Part shown: positions 57,325-64,000 of the stretch, piece after piece
Numbering within the stretch: the first letter of the stretch is position 1
How the letters are laid out: each line of letters begins with the position of its first letter
NCBI GenBank assembly: GCA_050949565.1
Contig: JBMNFY010000017.1
Location: forward strand, 768,001-832,000
DNA length: 64,000 nt
Origin: Kiritimatiellia bacterium
GTDB lineage: Bacteria > Verrucomicrobiota > Kiritimatiellia > RFP12 > UBA1067
Direction of reading: 5' to 3'
Translations under genes and position numbers: made by a program
The notes under the pieces: generated by a model
The model's database searches: none
Told to the model about the DNA's origin: nothing
Seen by the model: only the letters and a program-made list of their open reading frames with translations

Positions 57325-58566
57325 ATGAAGAAAACCGCAAACATTCACGATCCAAGTTTCAAGGACACTTTTTCAAGACGCACGTTCCTGTCGGGCGGCG
57401 CGGCAGCGTTTTCGGGCATGGTCGTGGCACCGCATCTGGTTCGCGGCGCTACGGCCAATGGCAAGATCGCCGTGGGGATGATCGGCTGCGGCGGACGCGG
57501 CGGCTGGATCGCCAACCATTTCAAGGCACACGGCGGATATGAGATCACGGCCTGCGCCGACTATTTTCAGGACAAGGTCGATGCGTTCGGCGAGAAACAC
57601 GGCATCGATGCGTCACGGCGGTTCACGGGGCTGAACGGATACAAGAAGCTGCTTGAGTGCGGGAACCTCGATGCCGTCATCATCAAGTCACCGCCCTGCT
57701 TCCACCCGCAGCAGATCGCCGACGCCGTGGATGCCGGCAAGCATGTCTACGCGGCCAAGCCTGTGGCTGTTGACGCGCCTGGATGCCGGACCGTTGCGGA
57801 GTCGGGCAAGCGAGCGACAAAGAACAAGCAGGTCGTTTTCGTGGATTTCCAACATCGCAACGATCCCTTCCTCCAAGAGACGGTGAAGCGGCTGCACGAG
57901 GGCGTGCTTGGGAAGATCACCTTCGGTGAGGCCTTCAATCATTCAGGCGAGTGCGGCGTGAAGCCCGGACCGGACACGCCCGAGACGCGCCTCAAAAACT
58001 GGCTGCTCTACAAAGCGTTGTCCGGCGACTACATGGTGGAGATCAATATCCACTCGGTTGACATGATGCACTGGATGATGCAGAAGCCACCTCTGAGCGC
58101 GATTGGGTCAGGCGGGCGCACGTCGAAAAGCCCGGTCGGTGACAACTGGGACTATCTCGGCGTTCTCTACCAGTACGCAAATGACGTGCCCGTGACTTTC
58201 ACGTCTAAGCGTTACAATGATGGCGCCGGCGAACAGGATAAGCATCAGATCGTTGAACTCTACGGCACCGACGGACGATTGCACACAAAATACGCCGGCA
58301 GGTGTATGATCCTCGGCAGGAATCCGTATAAGGGCGGTAAAACCACGACGCTTTACAGGGACGGCGCTGTCGCGAACATCGCCCTCTTCCATACGGCGGT
58401 CACCACGGGAGACTACAGTAACTCAACCGTCGAGTATGGCGTCGAGAGTAACCTGATCGCCATCATGGGGCGCACGGCTGGCTACGAGAAACGGCTGGTC
58501 ACATGGGACGAGATTCTCAAGTCGGACGACAGGATGGATCTGAAGTTGGACGGCCTTAAGGCCTGA
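57325..58566 (+). CDS. Gfo/Idh/MocA oxidoreductase with Tat signal
   Basis: SRRTFL, IGCGGRG, HVYAAKP, EINIHSVD; RBS AAGGAG. Confidence 0.92.
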   Translation: MKKTANIHDPSFKDTFSRRTFLSGGAAAFSGMVVAPHLVRGATANGKIAVGMIGCGGRGGWIANHFKAHGGYEITACADYFQDKVDAFGEKHGIDASRRFTGLNGYKKLLECGNLDAVIIKSPPCFHPQQIADAVDAGKHVYAAKPVAVDAPGCRTVAESGKRATKNKQVVFVDFQHRNDPFLQETVKRLHEGVLGKITFGEAFNHSGECGVKPGPDTPETRLKNWLLYKALSGDYMVEINIHSVDMMHWMMQKPPLSAIGSGGRTSKSPVGDNWDYLGVLYQYANDVPVTFTSKRYNDGAGEQDKHQIVELYGTDGRLHTKYAGRCMILGRNPYKGGKTTTLYRDGAVANIALFHTAVTTGDYSNSTVEYGVESNLIAIMGRTAGYEKRLVTWDEILKSDDRMDLKLDGLKA

Positions 58567-58567
58567 T

Positions 58568-59011
58568 GCGGGCGGAGCCCGCAACCCAAGTTAATTAGTT
58601 AATTAGTGCATGAGTGCATTAGTGCATTACGGCTCAACAAGCACAATAAAAAACGAGTTGTTTCTCGCACGAAGGCACAAAGGCACAAAGTTTTTGGGAG
58701 AGCGTTGCTCGGGTTTTTGGAACCACAGAGGCACGGAGGCACAGAGGTTTTTGGGAAGGCACTGCTCGGTTGTTTCGCGCGAAGACGCGAAGGTTGGAGG
58801 GCGAGTGTCCCCACGAGCCGCCTTTCGCTGCGCGGAAGGATGGGAGGGACGAGCGTCGCTCGTCCGCGGGCAAGCAGACGCTTGCCCCTCCCAGCGCTTC
58901 GCAAGCCGATGACAAGAGCTGGTGTCGGCATCTGGGTGGCACCAAAATGGGAAACCTTCGTGCCCTTTGTGCCTTTGTGTGAGGTTGAATTAGATTGCGG
59001 GCTCCGCCCGC
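58568..59011. mobile_element. 444-bp composite repeat element bounded by a perfect 17-bp inverted repeat (MITE-like)
   Basis: GCGGGCGGAGCCCGCAA (58568-58584) / TTGCGGGCTCCGCCCGC (58995-59011); inside are a leader shared with 10411-10447, 9-mer modules and a REP pair. Confidence 0.7.
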
Positions 59012-59028
59012 GTTAGAGAGGAGAAACT

Positions 59029-60153
59029 ATGTCAGAACGTAAACTCAGAGTCGCCGTGGTCGGCTGCGGCATGATTGCCAACTCGGCTCATATCCCGGCT
59101 TGGTTGTCGCAACCCGGAGCGGAGATTGTCGGGGTCGTGGACAGGGATCTCGATCGCGCGAAGACGCTGGCCAACAAGCATGCGATTCCCGGCGTATTTG
59201 ACGACGTCGGCAACATGCTGAAGGAACTATCCCCCGATGTTGTGTCGGTCTGCACGCCGGCTGGCAGCCACAAAGAGCACGCCGAAGCGGCACTCCGCGC
59301 CGGTGCGCACGTCCTCTGCGAAAAGCCGCTGACGATTACCAGCCGGGATGCAGCCGACCTCTTTAAGGCGGCGCAAGAATCGGATCGGCACCTGCTGGTA
59401 GGACAGTCGATGCGCTTCTATAATCAAGTCGCCGCCGCGAAGGCGTTCGCCGCAGGCGGACAACTCGGCGACATCTACTGCGCCGACGTGGCGCGCATGC
59501 GTCGGCGCGGCATCCCGACCCATGGATCGTTCCACATCAAGGAACTGTCGGGTGGCGGCGTGCTCTATGACCTCGGCGTGCACATGCTGGACACCGTGCT
59601 CTGGGTCATGGGGAACCCCAAGGTCGTGGCGGTTTCCGGCGCGACGTACTCCAAAATCGGCCCGCGCAATGAAAACCTGATCACCTCATCGGTCGAGAGC
59701 GGTGCATTCGCCGGCGGCGTTTCGAGTGCGTCGTACGATGCCGCCACGTTCAATGTGGAGGATTTTGCGAGCGCGTTTCTGCGGCTCGATAACGGCGGCA
59801 CCATTCACCTCAAAGTCTGCTGGGCGGCGAACATCCCCGACAGTGCCGGCGGCGTGATGATTATGGGCACGGAGGGCGGACTGTCGTTTGACCCGCGCGT
59901 GCTGGATCTGCGCGTCATCAAAAACATGGGCCGGTACCAAGTTGATATCACGCCGAAAATCCTGCCCCCCGAGCCGAATCATCCTTTCTACGCGCACTGG
60001 CACATGATCGCGCATTTCGTCCGGGTGATTAAGGGCACGGAAGAAATCTGCGTGAAAAAAGAGGAGGCGCTGAACGTCATGCGCGCGCTGGAAGCGATCT
60101 ATCAGTCGGCCAAAGAGGGTTGCGAAATACGTCTGGATCAAGCAGACGGGTAA
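59029..60153 (+). CDS. Gfo/Idh/MocA oxidoreductase
   Basis: VVGCGMIA, HVLCEKP, GGGVLYDLGVHMLD. Confidence 0.94.
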   Translation: MSERKLRVAVVGCGMIANSAHIPAWLSQPGAEIVGVVDRDLDRAKTLANKHAIPGVFDDVGNMLKELSPDVVSVCTPAGSHKEHAEAALRAGAHVLCEKPLTITSRDAADLFKAAQESDRHLLVGQSMRFYNQVAAAKAFAAGGQLGDIYCADVARMRRRGIPTHGSFHIKELSGGGVLYDLGVHMLDTVLWVMGNPKVVAVSGATYSKIGPRNENLITSSVESGAFAGGVSSASYDAATFNVEDFASAFLRLDNGGTIHLKVCWAANIPDSAGGVMIMGTEGGLSFDPRVLDLRVIKNMGRYQVDITPKILPPEPNHPFYAHWHMIAHFVRVIKGTEEICVKKEEALNVMRALEAIYQSAKEGCEIRLDQADG

Positions 60154-60186
60154 TGACAGGGTGAGGAAAGAACAAGGAGTTTTGAC

Positions 60187-61317
60187 ATGAGCAAAAAATA
60201 CAGAGTTGGAATCATCGGTTTTGCGCATCCGCACATCAACCACGTGGCGTCGATGTTCACCGCGCATCCGCAGGTCGAGATGGTCGCCTGCGCGGACACG
60301 GCGCCGTTGTGCCCAGAGTTGCGGAGTGTGCCGTACACCCGCGAATGGAACCGCAACAATGTCATGCGGCTAGCGAACATCACCCGATGCTACGATGACT
60401 ACCATGAGATGTTGGCAAACGAGAAGTTGGATATCGTGGCCATCAACTCCGAAAACAGTCAGCACCCCGATGTGGTCGAAGCTTGCGCACGCGCAGGCGT
60501 CCACGTCTGCGTGGAGAAGCCGATGGCCGTCTCGCTGTCGGACGCGCAACGGATGGTCAGGGCCTGCCGCGATGCGGGCACCACGCTGGTTGTTAACTGG
60601 CCGGCAACTTGGCTCCCGCATGCGCGCAAGGCCAAGGAACTGATTGATGCGGGTGCCATCGGCAAGCCTCTTGAAATCCATTACCGTGTGGGTCACTCTG
60701 GACCTTACGGACCGGGTGCCTCGCATAAAGGCGTCAGTGAGTCTGCCGAGCCGCTCACGGAGAAAGAACGCGCCGCAATCTGGCTGCACCAGAAAGACGC
60801 GGGCGGCGGTGCGACGATCGACCTGTGCTGTTATGGCGTGATGTACGGCTGCTGGTACACGGGCGATAGCGCCGTTTCCGCACAGGGCATCCAACTCAAT
60901 CTCGACAGCGAATGGTGTGACGCCGACGACAACGGCGTAATCCTCGTGCGTTTCCCAAGCGCCATCGCCGTTGCACAGGGATCATGGACAACCTTGGGCA
61001 AAACGTATCTAACCGCCGGCCCCCTGATGCTGTTCGGTTCGAGCGGCGCACTCTCTTTTGAAATCTACGGCGAAAAACCGGTTGTGCAACTCACGCGGGG
61101 CGCCGGACACGATGTCGAGATCATTGAGCCAGACCCCCTGCCGGAAGGCCGCGCCACACTGGCCGAAGCCTTCATCCATCATCTCGAAACCGGCGAGCCG
61201 CTCCATGAGACCCTGAGCGCGGCGTTCAACCTCAAGATGACGGCGGCTCTCGATGCGGGGCTGCGGTCCGCAGCAAGCGGGCGCGTGGAAACCGTCAACG
61301 ACACAACCGAGTCGTAA
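60187..61317 (+). CDS. Gfo/Idh/MocA oxidoreductase
   Basis: GIIGFAHPH, HVCVEKP, GGGATIDLCCYG. Confidence 0.92.
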   Translation: MSKKYRVGIIGFAHPHINHVASMFTAHPQVEMVACADTAPLCPELRSVPYTREWNRNNVMRLANITRCYDDYHEMLANEKLDIVAINSENSQHPDVVEACARAGVHVCVEKPMAVSLSDAQRMVRACRDAGTTLVVNWPATWLPHARKAKELIDAGAIGKPLEIHYRVGHSGPYGPGASHKGVSESAEPLTEKERAAIWLHQKDAGGGATIDLCCYGVMYGCWYTGDSAVSAQGIQLNLDSEWCDADDNGVILVRFPSAIAVAQGSWTTLGKTYLTAGPLMLFGSSGALSFEIYGEKPVVQLTRGAGHDVEIIEPDPLPEGRATLAEAFIHHLETGEPLHETLSAAFNLKMTAALDAGLRSAASGRVETVNDTTES

Positions 61318-61337
61318 CCGCTCAGGAGGCGTGACAC

Positions 61338-62171
61338 TTGAAAGGATGGGTGACAGACATCGTGCGGGGCTCTTTTCACGACGGCCCGGGCATCCGCACA
61401 GTCGTGTTTCTGCAGGGATGCCCGCTGCGGTGCGCGTGGTGTCACAACCCCGAAACGTGGAGCGCGCATCCCGTTCCACTGTTCTATCCGAATCAGTGTC
61501 TGGGCTGCGGCGCATGCGGCGGCTTGGCGGAGAATGCAGATCGATGCCGGCTCGGCGCGCGCAGCCTGTCGTCGGTTGAACGGACGGTGGAAGAGGTCAT
61601 GAGGGTCATCCGCAAAGACCGACCGTTCTATGCGCCGGAAGGCGGCGTGACCTTCACCGGCGGCGAGCCCTGCAGCCAGCCCGACTTTCTGCTGGCCTTG
61701 CTGGAGCAGTGCCGAGCGGAGGCCATCCCTACGGCCATTGAGACGAGCCTGCATGTCCCGGCGGACGTGCTGGAAAAAGTGCTGCCGCTTTTGGATGTGC
61801 TGATGGCGGATTTGAAACTGGCAGACCCCGAACGCCACCGCCGCGCGACGGGTGTATCCAACGACCTGATCTTAAAAAACTTCGCTGGATTGCGCACAAC
61901 GCAACTTCCGGTGATCGTTCGCACGCCACTGGTGGCGGAGGTGAATGATGACGATGCGAACATCGAGCAGACGGTCGAAGTCCTGAAGCCGCTGAAAACG
62001 CTGGTCTATTACGAACTGTTGCGCTATCAGCCGCTGGGACGGGAAAAATACGTTGCGTTGGGGCGGAAAGCCCCGGCGTTCCAAGCGCCTTCGGATGAGC
62101 GTCTGCGCCGCCTGTGTCAAATCATTCAAGATGCGGACATCCCGCCGCTTGTAGACGGAGTGAGAGCATGA
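61338..62171 (+). CDS. Glycyl-radical enzyme activating enzyme (radical SAM)
   Basis: HDGPGIRTVVFLQGCPLRCAWCHNPE, short ferredoxin insert CLGCGAC...C, GGVTFTGGEP. Confidence 0.95.
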   Translation: MKGWVTDIVRGSFHDGPGIRTVVFLQGCPLRCAWCHNPETWSAHPVPLFYPNQCLGCGACGGLAENADRCRLGARSLSSVERTVEEVMRVIRKDRPFYAPEGGVTFTGGEPCSQPDFLLALLEQCRAEAIPTAIETSLHVPADVLEKVLPLLDVLMADLKLADPERHRRATGVSNDLILKNFAGLRTTQLPVIVRTPLVAEVNDDDANIEQTVEVLKPLKTLVYYELLRYQPLGREKYVALGRKAPAFQAPSDERLRRLCQIIQDADIPPLVDGVRA

Positions 62172-64000
62172 GATATTCAGAACAGATGCGGCGTTTGCGC
62201 GAAACAAAGCTTCGGCAGACAGAGGAAAAGCGCCGCCGTCTGGGGCCGATGGACGAAGATGACTACGGCTGGGTGCTGCCGCCGAAGTCGCTGGAAGTGA
62301 ACCTCCCCTGCCGCGACGCGAACGGATCGTTCCATGGCGTGCGGGCATGGGGCACGAACTTCCGTTACCTGATGGAAATCCATCCCGTCTACATCGATCC
62401 CGACGACGCACTGGCCGGGCGCTGGATGTTCATGATGTCGCGCATGCGCACGAACTATCGCTTGGAACTCTCGCCTTTCGGTTTTGATTACAGCCATCTG
62501 CGTCCGGGCCAGATTCTGTACGACATCACACCGGGCATCGGCAAGGATGCCCATTTCGCGCCGGACTACGCCATCGGACTGAAACTCGGCTGGGGCGGAC
62601 TCCTGTCCAAGGTGCGTGAACGGCGCGCGCAAACACCGCTGTCAAATCAGGAGAGCCAAGACCTTTACCTCGCCGAAGAGGATGCGATTCTCGGCGTGCA
62701 GGATCTGATCCGACGCACGGCGCAGGAGGCGGCGGCCAGAGGTCTGACGGAGTTGGCGCGCATCAACGAGCGCCTGATTGAACAGCCCCCGCAAACGATG
62801 CGCGAGGCGTGCCAATGGATCGCATGGTTCAATATCGCATCGCGCACCTACAACCGCGACGGTGCCGGAGGGCAGTTGGACACGCTCCTGCTGCCCTACT
62901 ATGAAAAGGACAAAGCCGACGGCTTGATCGATGATGAAGACGCGGTGTTCTATCTCTTCTGTCTGCTGCTCAACGACCCGCACTACTATCAGATCGGCGG
63001 ACCCGACGCGAGCGGTGCCGACCAAACCTCCGCGCTGTCGTATCTGATTCTGCAGGCGGCGCGGTTGCTGAAAAGCACCTGCAACATCACCATCCGCGTT
63101 CATGACGGCCTGCCGGAAAAGCTGTTCGACGAAGGCGTGCGCTGCCTCGTGGAAAATAGGCAAGCCTACCCGCGCTTCTCCGGCGATGCGGCATTGTGCA
63201 GCGGCTTCGTCAAAAACGGCTACCCCATCGAACTGGCCCGGCGGCGGATCGCGCTGGGTTGCAACTGGATGAGTTTGCCGGGGCTGGAATACTGCATGAA
63301 CGACCTGATAAAGGTGAACTTTGCCAAGGTGTTTGAGGTCGCATGGAAGGCCGCGCGGTACGAATCTACGGAAGCGTTGTACCAGGCGTTTGCAGAGCAT
63401 CTGCAAAAGGCCATACAGATCACGGGGCAGGGAATCGCCTTCCACTTGGCGCACCAGTGGGAAAACGAACCGGAGCTCTTGTTGAACCTGTTGTCGGTCG
63501 GCCCGATTGAGACCGGACTGGACGCCTCCCACGGCGGGGCACAGTACTACAACATCGGGGTCGACGGCGCAGCGCTGGCGACCGTCGCGGATGCGTTCAC
63601 CGCGCTGGAGCAGCGGGTGGAACGCGAAAAGCTTCTGACCTTCGACGATGTTTTCAAAGCAACAGAGGCCAACTTCAAAGACGCGCCGCAAGTGCAAAGG
63701 CTCCTGTCGCTGTCGGAAAAGTTCGGCAATTCCGAACGCGGCGACGCCTGGGCGCAACGGATCGTGCGCGACTTTACCGACAAGCTCCGGGCAGAGGCGA
63801 AGAACATTCCATTCGTCAAACCGATCGTCCTGATTCCGGGGCTCTTCTCGTGGGCCGACACAGTGCGGCTCGGCAAGAGCGTGGGCGCACTGCCGAACGG
63901 CAGATATGCAGGCGAGCCGATCTCGCAGGGCGCGAACCCCAGTGTCGGCTTCCGGCGCGACGGAGCGGTCACGGCGATGGTCGCAGCCGTGGCAGCCGTA
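62168..64000 (+). CDS. Glycyl radical enzyme (PFL-like superfamily), 3'-partial
   Basis: Absent from the ORF track because it runs off the end. ATG overlaps the activase stop; MRYSEQMRRL...; Cys loop IALGCNWMSLPG; KFGN; LPNGRYAGEPISQGANP. Confidence 0.9.
   Translation, partial: MRYSEQMRRLRETKLRQTEEKRRRLGPMDEDDYGWVLPPKSLEVNLPCRDANGSFHGVRAWGTNFRYLMEIHPVYIDPDDALAGRWMFMMSRMRTNYRLELSPFGFDYSHLRPGQILYDITPGIGKDAHFAPDYAIGLKLGWGGLLSKVRERRAQTPLSNQESQDLYLAEEDAILGVQDLIRRTAQEAAARGLTELARINERLIEQPPQTMREACQWIAWFNIASRTYNRDGAGGQLDTLLLPYYEKDKADGLIDDEDAVFYLFCLLLNDPHYYQIGGPDASGADQTSALSYLILQAARLLKSTCNITIRVHDGLPEKLFDEGVRCLVENRQAYPRFSGDAALCSGFVKNGYPIELARRRIALGCNWMSLPGLEYCMNDLIKVNFAKVFEVAWKAARYESTEALYQAFAEHLQKAIQITGQGIAFHLAHQWENEPELLLNLLSVGPIETGLDASHGGAQYYNIGVDGAALATVADAFTALEQRVEREKLLTFDDVFKATEANFKDAPQVQRLLSLSEKFGNSERGDAWAQRIVRDFTDKLRAEAKNIPFVKPIVLIPGLFSWADTVRLGKSVGALPNGRYAGEPISQGANPSVGFRRDGAVTAMVAAVAAV

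Overview
GC-rich bacterial window. The secreted-protein style and C-terminal motifs such as PGTLIVFP and QGLILFLR suggest the PVC superphylum (Kiritimatiellae/Lentisphaerae-like); this is inference only. (1) 1-14.7 kb is a sigma54-controlled type IV pilus locus: two pilins, an NtrC/PilR-like activator, pilC and pilB. A 3.1-kb tandem duplication has its junction at the predicted pilin transcription start, and 21 x 143-bp tandem repeats sit between two divergent sigma54 promoters. (2) 14.7-30 kb is mostly housekeeping: hybrid kinase, GH29 fucosidase, Lrp plus aminotransferase, UpxY/RfaH-like factor, bamA-skp-lpxD, ung and a stand-alone EF-G. (3) 30-43.5 kb is the best candidate for an undescribed system, a polymorphic-toxin-like locus. 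A 1717-aa secreted DxDxDG-repeat/RCC1-repeat protein carries a C-terminal Cys-His amidase-like domain after a conserved module ending in GRIIVP[KR]I. Downstream lie a coupled membrane-anchored immunity-like gene, a 30-codon toxin relic with a paralogous orphan immunity gene, and two headless cassettes. The cassettes repeat the same module but end in different tips (a zinc metalloprotease and an unknown domain), each followed by its own exported gene. (4) 43.7-64 kb holds a family-4 UDG, galE, an FAD oxidoreductase, AraC regulators, a PIN toxin-antitoxin pair, an IS4-family element flanked by two truncated genes, FGE-sulfatase-domain genes, Gfo/Idh/MocA oxidoreductases and a glycyl radical enzyme with its activase (runs off the end). 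Intergenic regions contain a family of modular short-period repeat elements. No rRNA, tRNA or CRISPR was recognised. All calls come from reading the sequence and motifs; no searches were run.
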